DNA of 64,000 bases from Nitrosopumilus sp. (GTDB taxonomy: Archaea > Thermoproteota > Nitrososphaeria > Nitrososphaerales > Nitrosopumilaceae): positions 512,001 through 576,000 of the forward strand of contig OZ244651.1 in the NCBI GenBank assembly GCA_965218695.1, given 5' to 3'. Under the pieces are notes generated by a model. That model did not search any database and had not been told where the DNA came from. It saw only the letters and a program-made list of their open reading frames with translations. A program made the position numbers and the translations under genes. Positions 20,587-31,300 of the stretch are shown here, one piece after another (position 1 is the first letter of the stretch; each line of letters starts with the position of its first letter).

Positions 20587-22228
20587 TAGACGGGGTGCTT
20601 GAGGCGGCGCTGCCCACTGCTGCCAACATATCAAAGGAGATAGCAGGCACGGAGACAAAAGAGGATCTCAAAAAAATAATTTCCGGGCCTGACGGGGGCA
20701 TCATGATGATCGACGGCACGCACTGCCCCATACAGAGGCCGGACGAAAAACAGATGAGGAGCATGATGTATTCGGGCAAGAAGAAGAAATTCACGCTCAA
20801 CACCACAGTCTGCATAAATGAAAACGGGGTGATAGTCGCCATATCCGGCAGCACCGTGGGATCCGTCCACGACATCACGCTGCTCAGGGAGAGCCCGCTG
20901 CCGTTTGGAAAATGGTGGGACCGCATGTGCGACGAGGACACCCCCGAAGAGGACAGGATCCACACCCTTACTGACCGCGGCTACAAGGGAATCGCAAAGG
21001 ATCTGCCCGGCACAAACACCCTGCAGCCGCACAAGAAGACCAAGAACCACAAGCGCTTTACAAAGGAGGAAAAGGAGCACAACCACGCCGTCAACTCGGC
21101 CAGGGTAAAGGTGGAGCACTCCATCGGCAGGCTGAAGCGGTACGGCCGGCTTACCGCGCCATACAAAGGAAAGATTGGCGACTTTAACAGGGAATTTAAC
21201 ATAATAACCGGACTCGTAAACCTGGACCTCCTGTGGAACCAGATGAAGAAAGGACCTCCTTCAGGTAGCACGCTGGGGCCGGTAATAAACTGGGAAGAGG
21301 CAAACGTCCCCGGCAGCGCCGTTTCAAACAATTAATTCCGTGCACATCGCGGTGCTGCAAGGCTGCGCACGTTATTTTGTATTTCTGGCAGGACAGGATC
21401 CCCACATGGCTAACATGGCGAGAATTAAATCAGAATTTTTAATATTTTCTGGGTTTTTCTGGTTTAACCCAACGAAATGGAGGGATTACGCATGGCTTCT
21501 CATATACCATGGCAGTCATGCCGAACCTGTAAATCTTGTCCATGCCCTTGTGCAGCCCCTCCTCGACGCTCTCGGCCTGCCTGAATTCCTCGGCGGCCCT
21601 CTTGTCGGTTTCTGCGCGCTTAATCAGCATGGAACGCTTCCGCCTCATGGTGTTGAGCGCGTCCTCTTTTTCCATCGGGTTTATCCAGACGTCAATCTGG
21701 CCGCACGTTGCAAATACTTCGTGCACCCACGCCCAACGAAGCTGCGCCGGCACGTCGTACAGTGCCAGGCAGCGAACATGCCCTTCCGGGTATTCGATGT
21801 ACCCGAGCTTTTCCTTGGTAAACCGGATCCTCTGGTGCTCACCGTCTACCGTGTATTCGTAGAGCAGCGAATCCAGTATGGATGTAAGTGGCTCGTTTGA
21901 GGCCACCAGCACCTGCAGCACGTGGCGTTCCTCTGTCTTGCCTGCAACCAGCAGCGGGACGGCCTTGCGGGTAAACGTTATGCGGATGGGTTTTTCAATG
22001 GAGCGCAGCAGGTCGAAAAAGTTGCCGAGTTTTTGCCTCTGTTTTTCCACCGACAGGGAGTGGAAGTTCGACGCGTCTATGGTGTAAAAGTACTCGAATT
22101 CGCCTTTCCTTTTTTGCTGCTTCTGTTTTGCCGGCACGATTTGAAAATTTGCGTGGCTTAAAAGGGGGGATTATCGGCCGGTGGCTGGTCCGGATTTAGC
22201 TCTTTTACCATTTCCTGCCAATCAACCC

Positions 22229-22384
22229 ATGCCAAAATGCATTCGTAACGGTTGTAAAGCTGACGCGTCCAAGTTGGGGCGCTGCAGTTGCGGCCACTAC
22301 ATGTGTACAGAACATGCCTGGCACACCGACGGCAAGAACGTATCGTGTCCTGGCTGTACGCGCCCTCCCCCAAGATCCAAATAA
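22229..22384 (+). CDS. Cys/His-rich zinc-finger microprotein (51 aa)
   Basis: MPKCIRNGC...CSCGHYMCTEH...CPGC; TTTTAC 26 nt upstream. Confidence 0.65.
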   Translation: MPKCIRNGCKADASKLGRCSCGHYMCTEHAWHTDGKNVSCPGCTRPPPRSK

Positions 22385-22429
22385 TGCTTGATCTTTTTTT
22401 GAATGGACGCTGTCCTGGTTGTTCAGACA

Positions 22430-22451
22430 GTTATAGCGCAATTACTATAAC
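22430..22451. promoter_or_regulatory. palindromic site GTTATAG-N8-CTATAAC
   Basis: same arms and 8-nt spacer as 12559. Confidence 0.6.
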
Positions 22452-22453
22452 CG

Positions 22454-22720
22454 TTACTTGGTAATCGTGTTCTTCGGAACAAGTTTGAGGTGCTTGGTAA
22501 AGTCAAATGCCGCGTCGCAGCGCGTGCATGTCGCGGTCCGACGCCGGTGATCCGTGACGAGCCGGTTCTTGCCGCCGCAGGAGGGGCATACCACGTGCAT
22601 CGGCATGTCGCAGCATTCCAGGCACATGTGATCCGATCCCACCAAAATCACGAATTTCGCGCCACATATCTTGCATTTTGGCGCGAAAAAATGAGCCTTG
22701 CCACAGCCACAATTTGCCAT
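22454..22720 (-). CDS. multi-CxxC zinc-finger protein
   Basis: CGCG, CKIC, CLEC, CPSC, CTRC; ATG 26 nt after TTTTAT. Confidence 0.7.
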   Translation of the reverse strand: MANCGCGKAHFFAPKCKICGAKFVILVGSDHMCLECCDMPMHVVCPSCGGKNRLVTDHRRRTATCTRCDAAFDFTKHLKLVPKNTITK

Positions 22721-22740
22721 GCCACGGAGCACCCGGAATG

Positions 22741-22757
22741 ATAAAAGGCCCTTTTAT
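22741..22757. promoter_or_regulatory. back-to-back TATA boxes (ATAAAAGGCCCTTTTAT), bidirectional promoter
   Basis: near-perfect palindrome; starts at 22720(-) and 22780(+) lie 26 and 28 nt from each TATA. Confidence 0.65.
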
Positions 22758-22779
22758 GTCCAGTGACGGCATGGGGTGA

Positions 22780-24354
22780 ATGTTTGGGCGGATATTTGGC
22801 GGTAAAAAGAAAAAACGGAAATCCCATGATGCCGACGCGAGCGGGACGGAAAAGACGTTCAGTTCCGATTTTGCCATAACCAAACTGGAGCCCATACGCA
22901 CCGGTGCTCGGGTGCTTGACGAGTATTCCGTGGATCTGGCAAAGGTGAGCATAATGTCTGACGGCCTGTGCAATATCACGCTGCCGGCAATATCCGAAGG
23001 CGCCGAAAAGCTGCTGCTCCGACACATGGACGGCATATACGAGAAATTTTCCGGCGCGCCCGACGAGAACCACGCGGCAGTAATAGACAGGTACATAGAC
23101 GACGCCGACATGGACGAGGACGACTTCAAGGTATGGCGAAAGGAACGGGAAGTGATCCGTTATTACCTGCACGCCGAACTTGACGGCTTTCGCACCGTCG
23201 ACGTGCCGATGAATGATCCCCATATCGAGGACGTCATTTGTGTCGGGTACGGCAAGGCCGTGGGAGTCATACACAAAAAGTTCGCCGACATGCGGATGCT
23301 CAAGACCAACATAAGGTTTGGCACGGCCGACGACGTGAATGAGTGGATCCAGATCATCGCCACCAAATACGGCAAGCCGCCGGATTTTGCCAATCCAGTA
23401 ACGTACGGCTGGACGCCGGAAAACCACAGGCTGACGTTTGTCGGCAAAAGGGTATCTCCTGACGGACCGTCATTCGCGATAAGGAAGTTTCCAGACAAAC
23501 CATTAGTAATTACCCACCTGATAAACGACGGCGTGATCAGCCTGGAGTTTGCAGCATACCTGTGGATGCTGATTGACGCCACGCCGTTTTTGCTCATAGT
23601 CGGCGAGACCGGCAGCGGCAAGACCACGCTGATAAACGCCCTCATGTGCATGTCGGATCCGCGCATGCACGTGATAGTAATAGAGAATACCAGGGAGCTG
23701 AAGATGCCGCACTATTGGACCAAATACGCCATAGCCAGTGAGGGCAGCATCTCCACGGAAGGCAGTGCTGGCCTGAAAAATACGAGTATCATGAAAATGG
23801 TGGAAATGACGCTGCGGAAAAAGCCGCACTTCGTGATAATCGGGGAGGTTCGCGGCGAGGAGACCAGGGAGATGTTCCAGGGGGCCGTGGCCGGACATGG
23901 CGCCATGACGAGTTTCCACGCCGCCGGCGTGCCGGAAACGTTTGCCAGGCTAAAGTCGGATCCGATCAACATCACCGAAAACCAGCTGATGAACCTCTGG
24001 GGCGTGCTGCATGTCAACAAGCTCAAGACCCAGAAGGGCACGACCGCCAGGCGGATGCTGACTTTTGCAGAACTTTTCATCAAGCCGGACGGCACCACGG
24101 ATCACCAGAAGGTGTTTTGGTACGATCATGCCACCGACACCATAATGCCCAACGACACCGACGAGATAATCAAGAACAGCAAGAAGATTCTGCATGCGGC
24201 AGGCCGGGCCGGAATATCCGACGTGGCAGCTGAACTGGAGAGGCGCAAGGTGCTGCTGCAGGAGTGCATCGACGCGGGCGCCGACACGGTCCACAAGGTG
24301 TTTGCAATCACGTCCAAGTGCTATTCACACGCTGACCCAGCCGACATGACATAG
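22780..24354 (+). CDS. type II/IV secretion ATPase (TadA/VirB11/ArlI-like)
   Basis: DPHIEDV, SFAIRKF, GETGSGKTT, IENTREL, IIGEVRGEE, GHG.MTSFHA. Confidence 0.93.
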   Translation: MFGRIFGGKKKKRKSHDADASGTEKTFSSDFAITKLEPIRTGARVLDEYSVDLAKVSIMSDGLCNITLPAISEGAEKLLLRHMDGIYEKFSGAPDENHAAVIDRYIDDADMDEDDFKVWRKEREVIRYYLHAELDGFRTVDVPMNDPHIEDVICVGYGKAVGVIHKKFADMRMLKTNIRFGTADDVNEWIQIIATKYGKPPDFANPVTYGWTPENHRLTFVGKRVSPDGPSFAIRKFPDKPLVITHLINDGVISLEFAAYLWMLIDATPFLLIVGETGSGKTTLINALMCMSDPRMHVIVIENTRELKMPHYWTKYAIASEGSISTEGSAGLKNTSIMKMVEMTLRKKPHFVIIGEVRGEETREMFQGAVAGHGAMTSFHAAGVPETFARLKSDPINITENQLMNLWGVLHVNKLKTQKGTTARRMLTFAELFIKPDGTTDHQKVFWYDHATDTIMPNDTDEIIKNSKKILHAAGRAGISDVAAELERRKVLLQECIDAGADTVHKVFAITSKCYSHADPADMT

Positions 24355-24494
24355 GCGATTTTATTGTTTGTACGGTTAATGTCTCATGGTTCACGTTCAC
24401 TTGAACCGGAGTCTCGTGTGGGGATGAACAATTTTTGGGACTATGAAAAATTTAGTGTCATAGAATAAGTTTTAATAGCCTGATAAATTATTAT

Positions 24495-26531
24495 ATGACA
24501 CTGAAAATGAACAGGACGGCAATACGGCTGCTGCAGCAGATTGATAGCGGGGTAACGGATACGGCCAAACTGAGGAGCAACCTGGGAATAAGCGGTTCTC
24601 ATTTCAACCGACTGGCAAGGGATCTGATTGGGCAGCAGTATCTGGATCGGGACGGGGAAATGCTGACTGCAGCCAGGAACCCAAAATACGCACTCTTTAG
24701 CAGGGTTGCAAGACAGTACAGCATACACGCCATACTCCGCAGCTCGAACGAGGCAGTGCTGTGTAGCATGACTGAGCCGATGACTCTCGAAGAGATACAA
24801 GAAGATACCGGGCTCTCCCTGAGAACCGTTCAGCGGGCAGTGGCGGATTTTGACGCGGCGGGAATCGTCGAACGAAGCGGCGGCAGGATAACCGTCAGGC
24901 AGAAGACAGAGGACGTATACCTTTTTGCAAAATATCTAAAGGAATCGCCTTCAGTTGAGCCAGGATCCGAGGTAGTCTACCAAGATCCCATGAGGCTCCT
25001 GAAGAAAGTTGCAAGGGGCCGCAGAACCGACGGAGAACTCACGGGGTTCTCACTGTTCCCGGATTACGGCATCGAGTACCACCACACCCATGACTTTTAC
25101 GTGCAGCAGGATGCCCCGCTGGGAATTATGGACGTGCTGATGCATGCCATAGTGTCGTCTGCAAAGGATCAAAGCAAGAGCGGCACCACAATGTGCATGC
25201 TGTTCTACCTCAAGAACCGAGATCGGATGGACACGATCCAGATCAGGCATACTGCAAGGGCGTACTCGGTCGCAACTGTATGGCTTGACATCGAGGGCTA
25301 CGTCCGAGGAAACCCCGTAATCAACACGAACCTGTTTCTCCCAAGAAACGAGTTTGAAGAGAAGGCGCGGTTGTATGGCATCCCTCCGGAGATGTACACC
25401 CTTCCAACCGCATATCCCCAGCTGTTCGAGGAGATCGGCTCCAGACTGACGGCGCCCATAGACGTGTACCTCTTTGGAGGAGAGAATATGAGAAAAAAGG
25501 GAATCAAGCCGCGAACAAAGGACTGTGACGTCGTGGTAGCAGACGAGGCGCATCGAGGAGAGTTCATCCGAACTTTGGAGATGCTCGGATACGATTTCGC
25601 GGGCAAACGGGATTTCACGCAGGACGACAACCGGGTGGATCCTTTTGACATCCTAGTACACCCTGCAAGAAGCCGCATAGATCTGTTTAAGGCCAGAATC
25701 GTAGGAAAACTGTCGCTCTCCGAAGGAATGAAACGGAGATCCGTGCGCGAAGTGTTTGGCAAGCTTAGCCTGCACATCCTCTGCAATGAGGACCTGTTCT
25801 TGCTAAAGGCGGTGACATCAAGGGAGGGGGACATCCAGGACATGGCGCTGATAGTGCAGGCGGATGACTTTGACTGGGGGACGGTATGGAAAGAATTGGT
25901 TTGGCAGGACCACGACGCAAGAACAAATTTTTCATCGTCTGTTCTAGAAAGTATAGATTACATGCACGAGCAGATGGGCGTCATGCCCCCATTCTACAGG
26001 AAACTGATCAGACGCGTGCTGGACGGCGAGATCAAAGGAATGATCAGGGACAAGCCAATCCCACTTGTGGACCTTGTTGAACTGCTCAAGGGGGGAGACA
26101 TTACAGAAAAGATGATACGAAACAGGGTTGACTACCTACACAGAACCGGCTACCTAAAGAAGAGTGGTCATAACGACAGGATCCTTCTCAGTGCAAGCAT
26201 AAAGACCAGCCTTAACGTCTACGCAAGGATTCCTGTCGATAGGAATGCCCGAATGAAGGGGCACATCAAGGCATACTCTGAGCAACTACGTCTTGCACCA
26301 AAGACGACAGAATTGGCCCTGAAGTATGTAGACATGATCACTGGCAGGGGGTTTGGCGTTGGAAGAAAGCCGAGCGGGTTGGCAGCGGCCATACTCTATG
26401 CTGCATGCAGAGAACGGGAAAAATACGTCACAAAAAACTCACTTAGGGCAGTATCCGGACTGAGTCAACCAAGCTTTGACAACCTGTGCAAGAGTGCCAC
26501 ATATTTCATTGAGTGGGCCGGTTCCAGCTAA
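24495..26531 (+). CDS. multi-wHTH / nucleotidyltransferase / TFIIB-repeat fusion protein
   Basis: N-terminal HTHs (LEEIQEDTGLSLRTVQRAV); FGG.NM...G.K..TKDCDVV NTase motif, LLKAVT.REGD..D; C-terminal GRKPSGLAAAILYAAC cyclin fold. Confidence 0.8.
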   Translation: MTLKMNRTAIRLLQQIDSGVTDTAKLRSNLGISGSHFNRLARDLIGQQYLDRDGEMLTAARNPKYALFSRVARQYSIHAILRSSNEAVLCSMTEPMTLEEIQEDTGLSLRTVQRAVADFDAAGIVERSGGRITVRQKTEDVYLFAKYLKESPSVEPGSEVVYQDPMRLLKKVARGRRTDGELTGFSLFPDYGIEYHHTHDFYVQQDAPLGIMDVLMHAIVSSAKDQSKSGTTMCMLFYLKNRDRMDTIQIRHTARAYSVATVWLDIEGYVRGNPVINTNLFLPRNEFEEKARLYGIPPEMYTLPTAYPQLFEEIGSRLTAPIDVYLFGGENMRKKGIKPRTKDCDVVVADEAHRGEFIRTLEMLGYDFAGKRDFTQDDNRVDPFDILVHPARSRIDLFKARIVGKLSLSEGMKRRSVREVFGKLSLHILCNEDLFLLKAVTSREGDIQDMALIVQADDFDWGTVWKELVWQDHDARTNFSSSVLESIDYMHEQMGVMPPFYRKLIRRVLDGEIKGMIRDKPIPLVDLVELLKGGDITEKMIRNRVDYLHRTGYLKKSGHNDRILLSASIKTSLNVYARIPVDRNARMKGHIKAYSEQLRLAPKTTELALKYVDMITGRGFGVGRKPSGLAAAILYAACREREKYVTKNSLRAVSGLSQPSFDNLCKSATYFIEWAGSS

Positions 26532-26586
26532 AATGGGAACGAACCAGATAACCCATTTTTCAAGACTTGCCGCATCACAATGCCAT

Positions 26587-26670
26587 AGAAAATATGCGTA
26601 ATCCAGAATTTTTTCAAACTCCGCGTTGACATGTTAGCCCTGCTGTCAAAAATTTATGATCCATTCAATT
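26587..26670 (+). mobile_element. solo left end of the ISL2-like element
   Basis: ~85 bp nearly identical to 18850-18935. Confidence 0.85.
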
Positions 26671-26793
26671 TTATAGCTAAGCTGTACGCCGATGTTACCA
26701 GTTTTTGTGCCTGTGGATACAAAATTGGGTTCGTCAGTCATCAATACTCATCTGAATCATCCCCCACGATGAATTAAATGTGTTGTCAAGCGG

Positions 26794-28018
26794 GGCGTTG
26801 TCCAAATCTTAGTTCTACAGACCCATCTGCTGTCCATTTACACGTACTTTATTGGTTCTGATTCGGACCATTTGATGGAATTTCCCTGCGGCAGGAGCAT
26901 GACGGGCGCATTTTGTGTCAAAACCGTACCGTGGCGCATGGCACGCGCTAGGCACACGGCGCGTATTTTTTGCACCATTCCGTCACGACAGCAGGTTGTA
27001 GCAGACGCACCTGGGCAGCAGCTGCAGCCTTTGGGCCGGCAGCGTCTTGGCGCGGACCACGGCAGTGAACCTGCACTTGAACGACGAGAACACCGATTCC
27101 ACTATGCTGCGCCGGTGGTACGTCCTTTCAAACTCTTCGGGATTTTTCTCTTGCCACCTGATCATCTCGGCCCTCGGGCCGAATCCGCGCGCGACGCGGT
27201 TCTTGCGGGTGCAGATCACGGGCTTCCTGCCCGAGTCGCGGATCATCTTGTAGTTCTTGGTCGCGTCATACCCTGCATCAAGCATCACGCACCCGGTGCC
27301 GTCAGGAACTTTCTTGAACATCTCCCGGAACACCGGCGAGTCGTGCGCGCGCCCCCTGGTGACCGCGCACGAGACGATCTTCCTTTCCCTGGCGTCGACT
27401 ACCACGTGCAGCTTGACGAATTCGCGCCTGGAGATGAGCCCCCTCTTGGCGTCCTCCCAGTCTGCGTACCGGTTTACGGCGATCCCCGTGGAGTCGCCCG
27501 GAAGGGAGCCGCGCGCGTGGGATCCTGCCTGCCTTTCAATTATTTCGTGCAGCCCGCCGTAACCTGATATTATGGTGGCCGCATGGTGCAGGCAGGATTT
27601 TGATGGAACGGTTTTTAATCCGTACATGCGCAGTGTTCCCTGACGTGTCTGCAGGTACGAGACATGTCTGCGGTATGAATGGCAGCGGAACTCCCGGTCT
27701 GCAAGGCATACCATGTATGGGATCATGCGCGCCATGCCGGGGACGGCAGGCGAATAGATCTCAGACAGCAGGGCGGCGAGGGCCTTGATTCGTAATCTGG
27801 TTACGCGGCCCTCGCCTCTCCTCCTCCTCCTCGTCTCGTATTCCTTGTAGTATCCGGCAGGACGTTCCCATTTCTTGTCGTTGGTGCCCTTGCTTTTGCA
27901 GCGTTTCTTGCCTTTGCCGTATTTCGTGTTTGTATCACGTTTTTTGTTCATTAAGCGGCGCGCTATCCGCGATCTTTAAGCTTTTCGTCGATTTTCGACC
28001 CAGGATTTGGACAACGCC
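26794..28018 (-). mobile_element. IS5-family insertion sequence
   Basis: 15-bp TIR ggcgttgtccaaatc; no TSD visible. Confidence 0.88.
26983..27951 (-). CDS. IS5-family DDE transposase
   Basis: GDSTG, VKLHVV, HDSP, LDAGYD, YHRRSIVESVFS. Confidence 0.88.
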   Translation of the reverse strand: MNKKRDTNTKYGKGKKRCKSKGTNDKKWERPAGYYKEYETRRRRRGEGRVTRLRIKALAALLSEIYSPAVPGMARMIPYMVCLADREFRCHSYRRHVSYLQTRQGTLRMYGLKTVPSKSCLHHAATIISGYGGLHEIIERQAGSHARGSLPGDSTGIAVNRYADWEDAKRGLISRREFVKLHVVVDARERKIVSCAVTRGRAHDSPVFREMFKKVPDGTGCVMLDAGYDATKNYKMIRDSGRKPVICTRKNRVARGFGPRAEMIRWQEKNPEEFERTYHRRSIVESVFSSFKCRFTAVVRAKTLPAQRLQLLPRCVCYNLLS

Positions 28019-28329
28019 GAGCTTGATCAAAAAGCAGACAGATAATCCGCCGAATCTCAATTCAGAGAAGATCCGTATTCATCCCTCGAAGATGTTACAG
28101 AACCATACTAAATACCCCAGTCGTGTGTGGACAGGCGTGATTGGATGGACAGGGGGATGGCATCCGTGCTGGCTCTCGGCGTGGGCATGCTTGCAATCGG
28201 ACTGACGCTACACTACTACTTGATTTGAATGTCGGAAACGTGCCGGCCTTCCTAAAGTTGCATGCGGGCCCGGCCCGTGCCTCGCCGACCTGAAAAAATC
28301 CCCTTTTATCATATGCCATAGTTCAACCC

Positions 28330-31300
28330 GTGACCAGGACTGTACTTGTGGGATTGATAGCACTGATTGCGCTTTCCACGGTTCCCGCGCATGCGGACAT
28401 AGAGTCCGAGCGCATGGCAAATTTCGAGCACCAGAAATGGTGGGTTGGCAAATCTTTGGACGTGGGCGACATGTTCATTTACGAGTTATGCGATCCAGAC
28501 ACGTTCTCCGGCCTGTACGGCGGGCAGCCCTGGAATGATCGCTGCTATCACATCTCGCTTCATTTTGTCACCCTGCTTTTGGACGACTCGGGACCACAAT
28601 GGATAGTCCAGGTCGTGTTGGTAAACGGGGCCGGGGACAGGCAGTACGACGTGTACAACATAGGCACCGACACGATGCGGATAAACGGGCTGACCGACGA
28701 CCGCGAGACGGCCAACGCGGTACAGCGCACCATATTCGGGCTTACTGATTTTACCACCAAGGACGCAAAACCGCTGATCGTCGGTGAAAGTTGGGGCGTC
28801 GTGAGCTCCGCGATATCCCCGCCGATCAATTTCATCGTAAGGGACATGGCAATCGACGACAACGACAGGGAGGTCTTTCGCGCAGGCTACACCACGACGT
28901 CCCCGTCGCTGCACAGGATAACACTACACGAGCCGTTCCCGCTGGGCGCGGACGTGCACGACCCGCACAGGCTGCAGCCCGGTTCTGACAGGATTTACAG
29001 TTACGATCTCGTGTGGAGGGGCAATTCGTTTTCCGACGACTTTAACGACGATGACTGGTTTGGTGTCCTAGGCGGCCTGGATGCCGGGGCATTCAAGGGA
29101 CTTCCAAAACTGGCCGCGGATCCCGGGGCCGCCGTCTTTGATTTTTGCACGCTTGACGTCCTCGAACCTGCCGCACCCGCCGCCGATTTGTTTGACGAGT
29201 TGGATTTGGCTGACGAGCTGGATTTGGCTGACGAGTTGGACGCAGAGTTTCTGGACGATTCCGCCGAGTACGTAGTCGAGGTTGAAGTAGAGGGCGAGGC
29301 CGACGTTCCAGAATTGCCAGAAGACGTACAGGCAATCGTGGACGTGATAGAACCGGCCACCGACGTTTATGAAGACGTCACTGTAGACGAAACCGTCCCG
29401 TCAATAAGCGGCACGCCGGCGTTTGAGTACTGCGTCGATCTGCTCGACTCGGAAGGGCTGACCGTGATGCCGCACGAGTTTGAACCCTTGCCAGAAGTCG
29501 ACATTGGCGTGAATTTTGAGGGGGGAATCATTGAGGATGAATTCCTTGAGAATGGTTTTCCAGAAGGGGAGATCTTTCCAGATCCGGACTTTGTGAACTT
29601 GGAAGACGAGCTATTTGATCTCCCCCAGGACGACGCGCCACAGGAGTTTGATCCGCCGGAATTTGAAGACATTCAACCCGGGCTGGATTTGCCAGAACTT
29701 GAGACAACAGAAGAACAGGTTGATACAGGACAGTTCGATCCGGAACTACCAGGTAACTTCACTGGACCTGAAGAAATGCCGCCCGTGGCCGAAGTCGTGA
29801 TAATGGAGGATGTTCCAGACGAAACCGTTCCAGACGAAACCGTTCCGGAGGCCACGGATAAAAATACGGACATCCTGTCTGGGATCATCGACGCCGTAAT
29901 GGGGTTCCTTGACAGCATCGTGGGGTTCCTTGACAGCATCGTGGGGTTCCTTGACAGCATCGTGGGGTTCCTTGGTGGGTTGGGCGACGTGCTTGTGGGC
30001 GTGTTTGTCATGACGGCGAACGTGTTGGAAGTCGCACCTGAGGCATACGCGCAGTCTGACGATGACAATGTGGTTCAGCGGCTCCTCGATATCATAACCG
30101 GAAACAACACGGCCGATGACATCCGTGACGGCCTCCGCACAGAAATTCCCAACATACAGGACCTGTTGGAATCAGAGAATGATGACGAGCCGGCGTTTGA
30201 CGTGGATGATTTGATATGGATCCCGGGCAAGATGATCGAGGGTTTGCAGTACGAGGGAATGGTGCTGCTGGACGATGCAGCAAACGACCCTAGGACGGTA
30301 ATCCTGGCATCGTCTGATTCTGACGTCCTGGAAGTCGAGCGCGAGATAGTCGTGCAGGCGGGCAGGAATTCGGCCATATTTGAGATAGTCGCAAAGTCCG
30401 GCGGCACGGCCAAGGTGTATGCTGCTATGGGCGGGGAGGCGTTGTCGACTGACGACGGTACGGTATACGAGATCAACACGGATCCGTACCAGATAGTGCT
30501 GATTGCCCCGAATACCGGCGGTTCAGCAATTCAGGATGACATATTTTCATTCCCTGACGGCATCCAAGTTCCAGGCGGCCTTGATTTTCCAGACGGCACG
30601 GATTCGTTCAACGATCCCGTGGATTCTGCAGGCACGACGATGGTTGGCACCGATACCGTGCCGGTATTCGTTTACGTGCTGGACCAGAACGGGTCCCCGG
30701 CAACCGTGGATGCAGACATTGTGTTGAATCTGGGCGCGTCTGTGGGCATCAGTGTTCCAGAGGCAATCACGATTCCTGCGGGTTCCAACCATGCCAAACT
30801 CGTGGCAGGCATAGACCGGAGCGGCAGCATGCACGCGGCGGCCCCCGGCCTGCGGCCGTACACCATCAACATCAACCGCACGGTTGACGACATCGACGTG
30901 ATGCTTGCAGTCGCGCCGACGGTGATATCCGAAGGTTCTGCTGCGTACTATTACGTCTGGCTGGAAAAGGACGGCAAACCGTACAAACCCGACAGCATTA
31001 TCGACGTCCAGCTTACTTCGTCAGACAGGGGCGTGGCTGGATTCAGCCGCGCATACACGGACGTGGAATTTGCCGGGTACACGAATACGAATACGGTCCG
31101 GGACAAGGTGCTGACCGTGCAGATGACTGGCGGTCTTGCGCGCGGGCTCGTGTATACGGGGGATCGCGGCATCGCTACCCTGACTGCCTCGGTTTCGCAG
31201 TACGGGACAGCGTCTTACGGCGTGCACGTGGGCGCGACCAGCATAAGCGACGCCGGGCTGTGCGCCGAAGCCGATGACGGATCCATGTTCATCGGGAGGC

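Larger units (their letters stand above)
18919..21335 (+). pseudogene. DDE_Tnp_4 transposase split by IS630
   Basis: LAAFFGIDQATVSRY HTH; IDGTH, YSGKKK, HD, DRGYKG, RVKVEHSIGRLK; YIDVL|DGVLE rejoins in frame. Confidence 0.88.
18850..21500 (+). mobile_element. IS5-family (ISL2-like, DDE_Tnp_4) element containing an IS630
   Basis: imperfect 18-bp TIR agaaaatatgcgtaatcc / ggattacgcatggcttct; 3-bp TSD cat. Confidence 0.85.
17639..22137 (-). pseudogene. VirB4/HerA-like ATPase split by nested ISs
   Basis: GTTGSGKS, IIDPNNEY, IVIDEGW, RTGRKHG..FVFISQ; removing 18850-21503 rejoins MTAMVY|GKTLKDLK into a 614-aa ORF. Confidence 0.88.

Noticed and set aside
22158-22373. Cys-containing minus-strand ORF upstream of VirB4
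   Set aside because: Antisense to the better-supported 22229..22384, and it overlaps the VirB4 promoter.
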